This document shows, in pieces, positions 22,684 through 32,771 of a DNA stretch of 64,000 nucleotides. Each line of letters opens with the position of its first letter. Position 1 is the first letter of the stretch. The position numbers and the translations under genes were made by a program. The stretch is from an uncultured delta proteobacterium. Lineage in GTDB: Bacteria; Desulfobacterota; Binatia; DP-6. Where the stretch lies: the NCBI GenBank assembly GCA_963851365.1, contig CAWKPA010000001.1:167013-231012 (forward strand), given 5' to 3'. Under the pieces are notes generated by a model. The model saw only the letters and a program-made list of their open reading frames with translations, ran no database searches and was not told the DNA's origin.

Positions 22684-24900
22684 ATGTACCGCTGGCTCGC
22701 TCATCTCGCTCTGCGCAGGCACCGCGCCATCTTGACGGCGAGCGGAATCGTGCTCGCACTCGCCGCGCTGGTGCTCTGGCACGGGGGCACCCTCAGCTCG
22801 GGCACCACGCAGGGCATCGAGTCGGAAGTCGCGCAGCAGCTCGTGTCCCGGAAGCTCGCCTATCCGGGCGAGTCGTCGTTCCTCGTCCTGCTGCGCGGGA
22901 AGGACGGACTGACCTGGAACGACCCCCGCTACCGCGCCGCGGTGGGCGAGGCGCTCGCGGGATTGCGCGCGGATCCGCGCGTGCGCGCCGTGCTCGCCCC
23001 CGACGATGCGCCGCAGCCCGTCGCGGAGCGCCTGGTGTCGGTCGACCGCACGCTCGCCCTGGCGGTCGTCACGCTGCGCGACTCCTACTTCGGCGCGGCC
23101 GCCGCCTATCCCTCCCTGCGGGACACGGTGCATTCGGACCGGCTCACCGCCGGTTTCACCGGCCATCTCGCCTATCGCCACGATCTCGACCGGACACTCG
23201 AGCACGACGTGCTCTTCGCGGAGCTGGTGAGCCTGCCGCTCGCGATGCTCGTGTTGATCGCCGTCTTCCGCACCGTCGGGGCGGCCGCGGTGTCGGTCGG
23301 CGTCGGCGCCCTCGCCGTCGTCACCGGCATCGCCGCGATCACGGCGCTCTCCCGGGTGGTCGACATCGCGGTCTACGCGATCAACGTCGCGTCGCTGATC
23401 GGCCTCGGGGTGGCGATCGACTACTCGCTCTTCATCGTCAGCCGCTACCGCGACGAGCTCGAGGCGGGCGCCACCCCGGACGACGCGCTCGTCACCGCGC
23501 TCGACACGTCCGGGCACGCGGTCGTCTTCTCCGGGTTCGCGGTCGCCATCGGGCTCGGCAGTCTGCTCTTCTTCAAGGGATCGTTCCTCGCGACGATGGG
23601 GGTGGGCGGCACGATCGTCGTCGCGCTCGCCGTCGTCTTCGCCCTCACCTTCCTCCCCGCGCTCCTGGTCGCGCTCGGGCCCCGGATCGACGCGGGGCGC
23701 CTGCCACTCCCGCGGCTCGGCGCGTTCGACGGCATGTGGCACCGGATCGCCACCTGGGTGATGCGGCGGCCGGTGCTCGTCCTCCTCCCGACGCTCGGCC
23801 TGCTCCTCGCCCTCGGGTCGCCGTTCTTCCGCCTCGCGATCGCGGCCGCCGACATCGACACGCTGCCGCGCGGCATCGAGGCCCGAGACGTCTACGAGGA
23901 ACTCCGCCAGGCCTTTCCGGACCAGGCGCGGACGCGGCTCCTGGTGGTGGCGCGCTACCCCAGCGCGCCGGCCTATACGCCGGAGCGGGTCGGGCCGCTC
24001 TACGACCTCGCCCAACGGCTCGCCAAGCTGCCCGGCGTGGTGAAGGTCGAGGGCGCCGTGGACACCGATCCGCGCCTGTCGCGCGCCTACTTCGAGGCGG
24101 ACGCGGAAATGGCCGTCGACGAGCTGCCCGCTGCGGCGCGCCGGATGCGCGCCATGACGACGTCCGAGAACCTGGCGCTCCTCACCGTGCTCACCGACGC
24201 CCCGCCCACGAGCGAGGCGGCGCGCGCGCTGGTGCGCGCCATTCGCGCCGATCGCCGCGTCGGCGACGGCGAGATCGTCGTCGGCGGCGCGCCCGCCAAC
24301 GACGTCGACCTGAACGCCTTCATCCTGGCGCGCGCCCCGTACGCGATCGCCTTCGTGCTGCTCGTCACCTACGTGGTGTTGTTCGCCATGCTGCGATCGG
24401 TCCTGCTGCCGCTCAAGGCGGTGGTGATGAACCTCCTCTCGATCAGCGCGTCGTTCGGCGCCCTCGTCTGGATCTTCGAGGAAGGTCACCTCGCCGGCCT
24501 GCTCCGCTTCGAACCCGGCCCGCTCGACGCCGCGGTGCCGGTCCTGCTGTTCTGCGCCGTGTTCGGCCTGTCGATGGACTACGAGGTGCTGATGCTGTCG
24601 CGGATGCGGGAGGAGTATCTCCGGACCGGCGACAACACGTGGGCGGTCGCGGAGGGGCTCGAGCGCACCGGCCGGCTGATCACCAGCGCCGCCGCCATCA
24701 TGGTCACGGTCTTCGGGGCCTTCGGCCTGGCGCGGGTGATCCTCGTCAAGTCGATGGGCGTCGCCCTCGCGGTGGCCGTGGGACTCGACGCGACGCTGGT
24801 GCGCGTCCTGATCGTCCCCGCCACCATGCGCCTCTTCGGCGATCTCAACTGGTGGGCTCCCGCCTGGCTCGGCGGCGTGCGGCCCCGGTCGACTCCCTGA
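22684..24900 (+). CDS. MMPL family (RND) lipid transporter
   Basis: GLGVAIDYSLFIVSRYRDEL, FGLSMDYEVL, ITSAAAIM and DATLVR. Confidence 0.93.
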   Translation: MYRWLAHLALRRHRAILTASGIVLALAALVLWHGGTLSSGTTQGIESEVAQQLVSRKLAYPGESSFLVLLRGKDGLTWNDPRYRAAVGEALAGLRADPRVRAVLAPDDAPQPVAERLVSVDRTLALAVVTLRDSYFGAAAAYPSLRDTVHSDRLTAGFTGHLAYRHDLDRTLEHDVLFAELVSLPLAMLVLIAVFRTVGAAAVSVGVGALAVVTGIAAITALSRVVDIAVYAINVASLIGLGVAIDYSLFIVSRYRDELEAGATPDDALVTALDTSGHAVVFSGFAVAIGLGSLLFFKGSFLATMGVGGTIVVALAVVFALTFLPALLVALGPRIDAGRLPLPRLGAFDGMWHRIATWVMRRPVLVLLPTLGLLLALGSPFFRLAIAAADIDTLPRGIEARDVYEELRQAFPDQARTRLLVVARYPSAPAYTPERVGPLYDLAQRLAKLPGVVKVEGAVDTDPRLSRAYFEADAEMAVDELPAAARRMRAMTTSENLALLTVLTDAPPTSEAARALVRAIRADRRVGDGEIVVGGAPANDVDLNAFILARAPYAIAFVLLVTYVVLFAMLRSVLLPLKAVVMNLLSISASFGALVWIFEEGHLAGLLRFEPGPLDAAVPVLLFCAVFGLSMDYEVLMLSRMREEYLRTGDNTWAVAEGLERTGRLITSAAAIMVTVFGAFGLARVILVKSMGVALAVAVGLDATLVRVLIVPATMRLFGDLNWWAPAWLGGVRPRSTP

Positions 24901-24934
24901 TTCCCTTTTGCGCCGAAGAGCGTATGGTGCGCGC

Positions 24935-25246
24935 ATGACCAGACGTCTCCTGCTGGCGATGGGGGCCGTCGCCTCGGCACTCGCGGCGCTGCCGCGCGTC
25001 GGGACGGCCGAAGACCGGCAACGCCGCTACGTGATCGGCGTCGCCGGCATGACCTGACCCTCGGGCTGCGCACAGAGGGTCCGTGGGATCCTCCAGACAC
25101 TCCCGGCGATCGAGCAGGTCGAGGTCGATTTCGACGCCAAGACGGCCACCGTCACGTGCAAACCCGGCGAGTCGCTGGCGCGCGATGCGGTAGCCAAGGC
25201 GTTCGAAGGCACCCGGTACTCGGTGCGCAGCTTCGACGCCCCCTGA
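24935..25246 (+). CDS. Secreted HMA/MerP-like selenoprotein (Sec41; GMTUPSGC)
   Basis: Translates as [72 protein letters not shown]... The TGA at 25055-25057 sits at the first Cys of the HMA motif, and the HMA fold continues in frame. Confidence 0.85.
25075..25093 (+). promoter_or_regulatory. Candidate bacterial SECIS element
   Basis: GAGGGTCC-GTG-GGATCCTC forms an 8-bp stem (one G-U pair); the apical loop starts with GU, 25 nt after the UGA. Confidence 0.6.
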
Positions 25247-25286
25247 CCCCGCTGGCCGCATCGTCCGGTCCGCGTTAAGCAGCGGC

Positions 25287-26333
25287 ATGCTCTTCCGGCA
25301 ATTGTTCGACGCGCAGTCGTCGACCTACACATATCTGCTCGCCGACGAGACGACGCGCGAGGCGCTGCTCGTCGACCCGGTGTTCGAGCAGTTCGAGCGG
25401 GATCGGGCCCTGCTCCGCGAGCTGGGGCTCGTCCTGCGGTACACGCTGGAGACCCACGTCCACGCCGACCACGTGACGGGCGCGTGGTTGCTCCGCAACG
25501 CGGTGGGCTCGCGCATCGTCCTGTCGCGCCACGGCGGCGCCACCGGCGCCGATCTGTACGTGGACCACGGGGACACCGTCGCCGCGGGCGCGGTCGCGCT
25601 CGAGGTCCGAGCCACGCCCGGACACACCGACGGCTGCGTCACCTACGTCACCGCCGACCACCGCATGGCGTTCACCGGCGACGCGCTCCTCATTCGCAGC
25701 GCGGGCCGCACCGACTTCCAGCAAGGCGATCCGGGGCTGCTCTACCGGTCGATCCGCGAGCAGATCTTCACGCTGCCCGACGACTGCCTCCTCTACCCCG
25801 GTCACGACTACAGCGGCCGCACCGTCACCACCGTCGGCGAGGAGAAGCGCTGGAACCCGCGTGTCGGCGGCGAAGCGAGCGAGGAGGATTTCGTCGGCTA
25901 TATGCGCAACCTGGGCCTGCCGCATCCCAAGCAGATCGACGTCGCCGTACCGGCGAACCTGCGGTGCGGCGAGCCCGCGGGAGGCGCCGTTCCGGCCAGG
26001 CCGGCGTGGGGACCGGCCGTCCGCACGTTCGCCGGGACGCCGGAGATCGACCCGACCTGGGTGGCCGACCACCGCGATGCCGTCACCATCCTCGACGTCC
26101 GCGAGCTCGCCGAGCGCACCGGCGACCTGGGGCACGTCGACGGCAGCATCCACATCCCCTTGGGCGAGCTGCGGGCGCGACTGGCCGAGGTGCCGACGGG
26201 CAAGCCCGTCATCACCATCTGCCGGTCCGGCCGGCGCTCGGCGCAGGCCGCCGTCATCCTCGAGCAGGCGGGCCTGCCCGAGGTGGCGAACTCCGCGGGC
26301 GGCATGCTGCGCTGGCGCGCGCTCGGCCTGTGA
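25287..26333 (+). CDS. Persulfide dioxygenase (MBL fold) - rhodanese fusion
   Basis: [18 protein letters not shown] and YPGHDY; rhodanese CRSGRRS. Confidence 0.9.
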   Translation: MLFRQLFDAQSSTYTYLLADETTREALLVDPVFEQFERDRALLRELGLVLRYTLETHVHADHVTGAWLLRNAVGSRIVLSRHGGATGADLYVDHGDTVAAGAVALEVRATPGHTDGCVTYVTADHRMAFTGDALLIRSAGRTDFQQGDPGLLYRSIREQIFTLPDDCLLYPGHDYSGRTVTTVGEEKRWNPRVGGEASEEDFVGYMRNLGLPHPKQIDVAVPANLRCGEPAGGAVPARPAWGPAVRTFAGTPEIDPTWVADHRDAVTILDVRELAERTGDLGHVDGSIHIPLGELRARLAEVPTGKPVITICRSGRRSAQAAVILEQAGLPEVANSAGGMLRWRALGL

Positions 26334-27160
26334 CGACAGGCCTCCTCTCACCGGCGCTCCTCCGCGGGCTGCTCGCCTCGCCGCTCGGGCTGCTGGTCGG
26401 GTTCTCGCTCGGCGCCCTCGGCAGCGGCGGGTCCATCCTGGCCGTGCCGTTCCTGGTGTACGCCGCCGGCCAGTCACCGCAGGAGGCCACCGCCGCCAGC
26501 CTGCTGCTGGTCGGCACCGCGGCAGTGTCGGGCTTGCCGAAGCACTGGCGGGCCGGCCGCGTGCGCACACTCACCGGCATCGTCTTCGGCCTCGCCGGCA
26601 TCGGCGGCTCGCTCGCCGGCACCGCGGTCAACCGTCGCATCGACCCGAACATGCTGCTGCTCGCGTTCAGCGGCCTCATCCTGGTGGCCGCGTGGCGCAT
26701 GGTGACCGCATGTCCCACCTGTACGCGCGTCGGCGAAGCGCGCGAGCTGGCGACCGGCGAGCACGCGGTCCATCGGGACCTCGACGCGGGGCGGGTGCTG
26801 CTGCTCCTCGCGGCCGGCACCGCCGTCGGCTTCTTGACCGGGCTCTTCGGCGTCGGCGGCGGCTTCGTGATCGTGCCCATGCTCACCTTGCTGCTGGGCT
26901 TCGCGATGCCCGAGGCCATCGGCACGTCGCTGCTGGTCGTCGCGATCAACAGCGTCGTCGCGCTCCTCGCCCGCCTCGGCTCCGCCCACCTCGATTGGCT
27001 GCTGGCGGGGGCGTTCACCGCCACGGCGGTCATCGGCGCACAGATCGGCGGACACGTCGCCGACCGGCTCGATCCCGAGCGCACCCTGCGGCTCTTCGCC
27101 GCCGCCCTGGTCCTGCTCGCGCTCTACACCGGCGGGCGTGCTCTCCTGGCGGGCGCCTGA
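26330..27160 (+). CDS. TauE/SafE family sulfite exporter
   Basis: Duplicated [10 protein letters not shown] / [10 protein letters not shown] motifs and AIGTSL; GTGA overlap. Confidence 0.9.
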   Translation: MTTGLLSPALLRGLLASPLGLLVGFSLGALGSGGSILAVPFLVYAAGQSPQEATAASLLLVGTAAVSGLPKHWRAGRVRTLTGIVFGLAGIGGSLAGTAVNRRIDPNMLLLAFSGLILVAAWRMVTACPTCTRVGEARELATGEHAVHRDLDAGRVLLLLAAGTAVGFLTGLFGVGGGFVIVPMLTLLLGFAMPEAIGTSLLVVAINSVVALLARLGSAHLDWLLAGAFTATAVIGAQIGGHVADRLDPERTLRLFAAALVLLALYTGGRALLAGA

Positions 27161-27250
27161 CCTTCACAAAGGTCTGCGCAACCCGTAACCACCTCCTGTC
27201 GCCGGAGCCGCGCACGGCCCGGATCACATTCACGAAGGAGGACACACGAC

Positions 27251-27814
27251 ATGATTCCGAAACGTCTGCTCGGCGCACTCGCGCTCACGGCGGTCGCCAC
27301 CACCACCTTTGGGGCCCCCAAAGTGGTTCCCGGGAAGCCTGGCGACCAGGACATCGTCACCATCGCACAAGAGGCCGGGTTCACGTACCTGCTGGGCGCC
27401 GTCGGCTGCCTGACCGACGAGGCGGGAAACAACCCGGTCGTGGACCTGCTGACGGGTGACGACAAGTATACGGTGTTCGCCCCCACCAACGACGCGTTCA
27501 TCGCGCTCCAGCAGGCGCTCGGCATCACGGAGCCGTCGCCGGACGCCACCTGCGCCCTGCCGGACGACGTCGTCTTCGACGTGCTGGCCTACCACGTGAC
27601 GGAGGGTCGCCGATTCTCCAACAGTGTGTTCAACCGCCGGAACCCGAAGTCCATCCTCATGCTGAACGGCAAGACCATCAGGTCCAACCCGAACCTCACC
27701 CTGACCGACGTGCCGCAACAGGTGATCTCCGTCGTTCCGCCCCTGGTGAACGTGAACGCCAGCAACGGCGTGATTCACCAGATCGACACCGTGATGCTGC
27801 CCTTCGTTCCATAG
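27251..27814 (+). CDS. Secreted fasciclin (FAS1) domain protein
   Basis: YTVFAPTNDAF, LAYHV and NGVIHQIDTV. Confidence 0.9.
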   Translation: MIPKRLLGALALTAVATTTFGAPKVVPGKPGDQDIVTIAQEAGFTYLLGAVGCLTDEAGNNPVVDLLTGDDKYTVFAPTNDAFIALQQALGITEPSPDATCALPDDVVFDVLAYHVTEGRRFSNSVFNRRNPKSILMLNGKTIRSNPNLTLTDVPQQVISVVPPLVNVNASNGVIHQIDTVMLPFVP

Positions 27815-27842
27815 CCTCCCCCGGCCCGAGCCGAGTCCCCAC

Positions 27843-27883
27843 CGCAGGGGCCGCCGGCGCGCTGCGCGCGGGCGGCCCCTGCG
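27843..27883. repeat. 13-bp perfect inverted repeat (terminator or REP-like)
   Basis: CGCAGGGGCCGCC-N15-GGCGGCCCCTGCG downstream of the fasciclin gene. Confidence 0.6.
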
Positions 27884-27943
27884 CGGGTCGGTTGTGGTAC
27901 AGGGCGGAGTGTGGCACCGCAGGGGCTCGTCCACCGACACGCC

Positions 27944-28342
27944 ATGGAGCCCACGTCGTTCATCGCCAAGGTCATCGGCCCGGTACTGCTCCTGCGCGCG
28001 CTCTCGATCCTGATCGACCGGACGCATCTGACGGCGATGGTCCGCGGCCTCGACCGCGAAGTGGAGACGGTCGCCTTCTCGGCCTTCCCCATCGGCCTCC
28101 TGATGGCGTGCATCGCGCTCGCGCTGACACCCGTCGACACCGCCAGCCTGGCCGGCGTCCTGCTCCGCGTGATCGCCTGGGGCGGCATCCTGAAGGGGGC
28201 GGCGTTGATCCTCGTTCCCCGGGCGGTCGTGGCGAAGGCCGCACTCCTCGAGCGAGCTGGATTCCTGAACGTCGTCCTCGTGGTCACGCTGCTGGTCGGC
28301 GGGTACTTCACCTGGTTCGGCTACGTGGCGAGCGCCCGGTAG
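27944..28342 (+). CDS. Small 4-TM membrane protein
   Basis: Four hydrophobic segments. Confidence 0.75.
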   Translation: MEPTSFIAKVIGPVLLLRALSILIDRTHLTAMVRGLDREVETVAFSAFPIGLLMACIALALTPVDTASLAGVLLRVIAWGGILKGAALILVPRAVVAKAALLERAGFLNVVLVVTLLVGGYFTWFGYVASAR

Positions 28343-28348
28343 CGGGCC

Positions 28349-29665
28349 ATGGCCGACGACGATCTCGTCACTTCCGCGTTCCGGCGGTTCACCGCGCTCG
28401 GCGGCCTCGCCGGGCGCGTGGGCGCGTCGGTCCTGGCATCGCGCATCGGCGACCTCGCCCGCGGGGACGTCGCGCGCGCCGCGCACCATACCGAGATGCT
28501 CGTCCGCAACGCCACGCGCGTCGCCGAGACGCTGGGCCGCATGAAGGGCGGCGCGATGAAGGTCGGGCAGATGCTGAGCCTGCACGCCGACCTGCTTCCC
28601 CCCGAGGTGGCCGCGGTGCTGCGGACGCTGCAGGCGCAGGCGCCGCCGGTCCCGGCCGAGGTGATGGAATTCGAGGCACGCGGCCAGCTGCGGAACTTCG
28701 ACGCCTTGTTCGCGACGTTCGAGCCCGCCCCGTGCGCCGCGGCGTCGATCGGCCAGGTGCATCGCGCCACGCTGCGCGACGGCCGCGCGGTGGTGGTGAA
28801 GATCCAATACCCCGCCATCGACCAGATCATCCGCGCGGACTTGAGGAACCTGAAGGCGGTGTTCCAGTCGCTCTTCGCGCTCTTCACCGACGCCGAGTTC
28901 GATCCGATCTGGCAGGAGATTCGGGAGCGCCTGCTGGAAGAGCTCGATTACCTGCGTGAAGCCGCCACCATCGACCGCATGCGGCGCCTCCACGCCGACA
29001 CGCCGGAGATCACCATCCCGGCGGTCGTGCCGGAGGCGACCACCGCGCACGTGCTCACGCTGGAGCGCGTCGACGGCATCTCGCCCGATGCCGCGTGCTC
29101 CGACGCGTCCGACGCCACACTCCGCGATCACTGGGGCCGCACGCTCTTCGGGTTCGTCTTCCGCGGCCTCTTCGTGCACCGGCTGCTGCACGCCGATCCC
29201 AACCTGTCGAACTTCGCCTTCCGGCCCGACGGCGGCCTGGTGGTGTACGACTTCGGCTGCGCCAAGGAGGTGCCGGAGGCGCTCGCCGCCGGCTATGCGC
29301 GGGTGATGCGGGCGGCCATTGAAGGCCGTCGCGACGACATCCCGCTCGAGCTGCGCGATCTCGGCGTGCGCTTCGCCGACGGCACGCCGCTCCCGGCCGC
29401 GATGACCACGCCGTTCGTCGATTTGTTCAGCGAGCTCTTGCGCGCGGAACCGCCCTACACGTTCGGGTCCGACCCGACGATCTACCTCCGGCTGTTCGAT
29501 CTCGGGTTGTCGCACGCCCGCGAGGCGTCGCAGCTGCGCTACCCGCGTGACATCGTCTTCGTGAACCGGACCCTGGGGGGCCACTTCGGCAACCTGGCCC
29601 GGTTGCGCGCGACGGCCTGCTGGCGTGACCTGGCGTTGCGCCACCTGGCCGAGGCCGGGCGCTGA
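28349..29665 (+). CDS. ABC1/AarF/UbiB family atypical kinase
   Basis: MKVGQ, AAASIGQVHRA, VKIQYP, HADPN..N and YDFG. Confidence 0.92.
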   Translation: MADDDLVTSAFRRFTALGGLAGRVGASVLASRIGDLARGDVARAAHHTEMLVRNATRVAETLGRMKGGAMKVGQMLSLHADLLPPEVAAVLRTLQAQAPPVPAEVMEFEARGQLRNFDALFATFEPAPCAAASIGQVHRATLRDGRAVVVKIQYPAIDQIIRADLRNLKAVFQSLFALFTDAEFDPIWQEIRERLLEELDYLREAATIDRMRRLHADTPEITIPAVVPEATTAHVLTLERVDGISPDAACSDASDATLRDHWGRTLFGFVFRGLFVHRLLHADPNLSNFAFRPDGGLVVYDFGCAKEVPEALAAGYARVMRAAIEGRRDDIPLELRDLGVRFADGTPLPAAMTTPFVDLFSELLRAEPPYTFGSDPTIYLRLFDLGLSHAREASQLRYPRDIVFVNRTLGGHFGNLARLRATACWRDLALRHLAEAGR

Positions 29666-29672
29666 GCGCCCG

Positions 29673-30626
29673 TCAGCCGCCCAGGCGCAGCAGCCGCTCC
29701 AGCACATGCCGCCGGAATGCCGGGGCGTCGACGCCGGTGGCGCACCGCATGGGACGCGTACCGGGCACCGGCCGCGGATGCGCGATCGTGCGCAGCACGC
29801 CGGCGCGTACGCCGACCTCGACATGGAGGTCTTCGAACCGGCACACGTCCTCCCGGTACACGCTCGCCAGTGCCAGGGGATCGTGCAGGAAGGCGACGTT
29901 GTCGCCGTCCATGCGAGCGCCCCACCCGCCGAACAGCCGCCGCATGACCGGCGTCCAACGCCGGATCGCGCCGCCGAGCATCTCCAGCAACGGCCCGCCG
30001 GCGGCGTCGAGACGCGTGAGGTCGCCGGCCGTCATCCAGGTGCGCAACGTCACGTCGGCGGTGACCAGACGCACCGGGACAGCGAGCGCCAGCACCTCGC
30101 AGGTCGCTGCCGGATCCGCACAGAGATTGTAGTCGACGCCCGGCGGGAACGTGGCGCCCCCGTACGTCACGTCGCCGAGATGGCCGCCCATCACCGTGAG
30201 CCGGGCGATGCGGGCCGCCGCATCCGGGTGGCGGGCGACGAGCTCGGCCAGGTTGGTGAGCGGGCCGACGGCGCAGACCTCCAGGTCGTCGTGTGCGCGG
30301 AGCAGCCGGGCGAGCGCGTCGACGGCATGTTCGCCCGGATCGCCGGCCGGCGCGGCCGGGTCGACGATCCCGTCGCCCTCCAGACCGAACCAGACGAAGG
30401 CGTCCCCGCCGCCGCGCGGAGCGTCGCAGCCCGCGAACACCGGCACGTCGGAACGACCGCCCGCCGCGAGCAACCGCCGCGCGATGCGCGCGCGCAGCGG
30501 CGCCGCACGGCTCACCGTGGTGACCGCCGCCAGGTGGATCTCCGGCGACGCCAGCGCGAGCGCGAGGCAGATCGCGTCATCGACATCGCTGCCGATGTCG
30601 GTGTCGAGGATCACCCGTCGCGTCAC
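29673..30626 (-). CDS. Inosine-uridine-type nucleoside hydrolase
   Basis: LDTDIGSDVDD, GPLTN, MGG, YN..ADP and LHDPLA. Confidence 0.9.
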   Translation of the reverse strand: MTRRVILDTDIGSDVDDAICLALALASPEIHLAAVTTVSRAAPLRARIARRLLAAGGRSDVPVFAGCDAPRGGGDAFVWFGLEGDGIVDPAAPAGDPGEHAVDALARLLRAHDDLEVCAVGPLTNLAELVARHPDAAARIARLTVMGGHLGDVTYGGATFPPGVDYNLCADPAATCEVLALAVPVRLVTADVTLRTWMTAGDLTRLDAAGGPLLEMLGGAIRRWTPVMRRLFGGWGARMDGDNVAFLHDPLALASVYREDVCRFEDLHVEVGVRAGVLRTIAHPRPVPGTRPMRCATGVDAPAFRRHVLERLLRLGG

Positions 30627-31684
30627 GCGCGGCTCCGCAGCGCCGCGCCGAGCGCGTTCATGTCGGCGGGCGGCTCCCGGATCAACCGCGCCGCCAGGGC
30701 GACGGCGGCGCGCCCGGCGTCATCCCTCGCCACCGCGGCCACGCGCGCCGCGCCGATGGTCCGGCGCATCACTTCGAAGCCGGCGTAGCGCGCCACGTCC
30801 GGGAACGCGGCCCGGACGGGCAGCGGGCAGGCGCCCCCGTAGGCGCGCCACACGGCGGCCGCCCGGGGCGCCGCGCTCGCCGGATCGTCTCGGCCGAGCG
30901 CCGCGAGCAGGACGTGCCCGATCAGCGTACCGACATCGAAGGCCGGATCGCCCACGTGGGCGATCTCGGCATCGAGGAGTTTGGGCCCCCCTGGCGCCAA
31001 GAGCACGTTCCCCGCCTGGACGTCGCCGTGCAGGAGCGCGCCCCGTGGCTCGAGATACCGCGCGTGGGCGGCACGGGCGATCCCCCGGAGCGCGGCATCG
31101 CGCCACACCGCCTCGGCCGCCTCTCGCAGCGGCGGCGACAGCGGGAACTCGTTGGGCGCGAACGGCAGCGCGAAGATGTGCGCGCCATGGAGCTGCCGCA
31201 TCTCGTCATTCGGGAACTTCGCGGCGGGCACCGCGGCGGCGGTCGCCGCATGCAGCGCGCCCAGCAGCCGTCCGAGCGCCGCCAGCGCATCGTCGACCGG
31301 GGCGCCGCGCAGCAGCGCCTGGTCGAGCCGCTCCGCCGCACCCAGATCCTCCAGCACCAGGACGCACCGCACCTCGTCGAAATCGACGATCGCCGGGCAC
31401 ACCCCGTCGCGGTCGAGCGGGCGGGCGACAGCGAACCACCGGTGCTCGAAGACGATCCGCATCGGATCGGCGGAGTACTCGGGGAAGCGCTCGAGCGTCC
31501 CGCGCGCCTGCTTGACGATCCAGCTCCGCCCATCGGCCGCCCGCACGCGCCGCACCCAGTTGATGTTGCCGTCGCCCGCGGCCTCGACGTGCAGCGCCGC
31601 ATCCGGGACCACCAGCCCTCGGCCGCGCAGGTAGTCGGGCAGTGACGCCTCCGACAGCGGGGCAGGCTGGTGGATCGACGACAT
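30623..31684 (-). CDS. Methylthioribose kinase-like phosphotransferase (MtnK-like)
   Basis: GDGNINWV, VKQA, LLHGD, DAEIA..GD..FDVG and GFEVMRRTIG. Confidence 0.75.
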   Translation of the reverse strand: MSSIHQPAPLSEASLPDYLRGRGLVVPDAALHVEAAGDGNINWVRRVRAADGRSWIVKQARGTLERFPEYSADPMRIVFEHRWFAVARPLDRDGVCPAIVDFDEVRCVLVLEDLGAAERLDQALLRGAPVDDALAALGRLLGALHAATAAAVPAAKFPNDEMRQLHGAHIFALPFAPNEFPLSPPLREAAEAVWRDAALRGIARAAHARYLEPRGALLHGDVQAGNVLLAPGGPKLLDAEIAHVGDPAFDVGTLIGHVLLAALGRDDPASAAPRAAAVWRAYGGACPLPVRAAFPDVARYAGFEVMRRTIGAARVAAVARDDAGRAAVALAARLIREPPADMNALGAALRSRA

Positions 31685-31736
31685 GCCGGGGTCGGTTGTT
31701 CCGCGCGCCGGCGCACTGATGCAAGCCGCGGGCGCG

Positions 31737-32771
31737 TCAGTCGGGGGCCGATCCACCATGCCCGGCGCCGCGGCGCGTGCGGATCCGCTCGCGGGTGTTG
31801 CGCTCGCGGAGCACCCGCAGGAATTCCGGCAATCCGAAGAGGAACGGATGCCGCCGCAGCTCGGGCGTGACCCGGATGTGGACGCCGGCCTTCCGCTCCG
31901 CCTCGCTGACGGCCAGGTCCACGAGGTTCGGCTCCGTCATCACGATCCGCGGCCAGCGGAAGAAGCCTCGGCGCCGACTGCGGCGCACCAGCGCCCACGC
32001 CGTCGTGGCGAGCTGACGCCAGGCGTCCGGATCGCCCGTGCGGACGGTGCCGTGGCCCGCGGGCGCGATCAACCCCGTGGATTCCCCGAAGGCGTCGAGC
32101 AGGACGTCGTGCAGGGCCCGGTAGTGTGCCGCATCGGCGTCGTACAGGGCGCGCACGCGCTCCCATCCCTCGAGACGCGGCTCGCCGCGAAAGCTGATCC
32201 CGAGCAGCTCGAGCGAGAAGTCCTCACGAGTGCAGCGCTCGGGAAGCAACGCCAGCGCCACGGGTGCGAGCGTGCAGTGGGCGGCGAGCAGCTGCTCGAC
32301 CAGCCACGCGCGGTCGGCGTCGTCCCGGGTCCAGGCGAGCCAGACCCGCTTGGTGAGTCGCCCCGCATTGTAGACGTCGCGCAGCGCCGGGCCGCACTCG
32401 CGCTCGAGATCGGCCGCGCTGATCACGTTGTACTTGCCGCGCACCTCACGGTGGCCTTCGCCGTCGCTCCAGAGGAAGTAGACGTTCGGCGGGATCGTCC
32501 GGTTCCACCAGACATGGAACGCGTTCTGGTGGAAGCCCTCGTAGTCGTCGACCACCAGGTAGACGTCGGGAAAGCTCTTCGGCTTACGGAGCCCTGCCAC
32601 GTACCACGAGCCGTATCCGATCACCGCGCGGACGCCGGTGGGATGGCGCGCGCGCACCGCGTCCGGCAGATCGTGCCAGTCGGCCTCCGCCGGACGCTCG
32701 ACGGCCTGCCGCAGCAGGTCGCGTAGGCGCGCGGCGGCGGCCGCCGCCGGTTCCCAGACCAGGCCCCCCAT
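31737..32771 (-). CDS. Tam41/Mmp37-like phosphatidate cytidylyltransferase (NTase fold)
   Basis: IGYGS, DVYLVVDD, KYNVIS and Y.AGRLTKRV resemble Tam41 motifs (YGSG, DFI, KYGVIS, AGRLQKPV). Confidence 0.7.
   Translation of the reverse strand: MGGLVWEPAAAAAARLRDLLRQAVERPAEADWHDLPDAVRARHPTGVRAVIGYGSWYVAGLRKPKSFPDVYLVVDDYEGFHQNAFHVWWNRTIPPNVYFLWSDGEGHREVRGKYNVISAADLERECGPALRDVYNAGRLTKRVWLAWTRDDADRAWLVEQLLAAHCTLAPVALALLPERCTREDFSLELLGISFRGEPRLEGWERVRALYDADAAHYRALHDVLLDAFGESTGLIAPAGHGTVRTGDPDAWRQLATTAWALVRRSRRRGFFRWPRIVMTEPNLVDLAVSEAERKAGVHIRVTPELRRHPFLFGLPEFLRVLRERNTRERIRTRRGAGHGGSAPD

Noticed and set aside
22552-24936. N-terminal part of the 1392-aa minus-strand ORF, and the many other long Arg/Pro/Ala-rich ORFs in the track
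   Set aside because: These are antisense or off-frame shadows of real genes, expected in very high-GC DNA.
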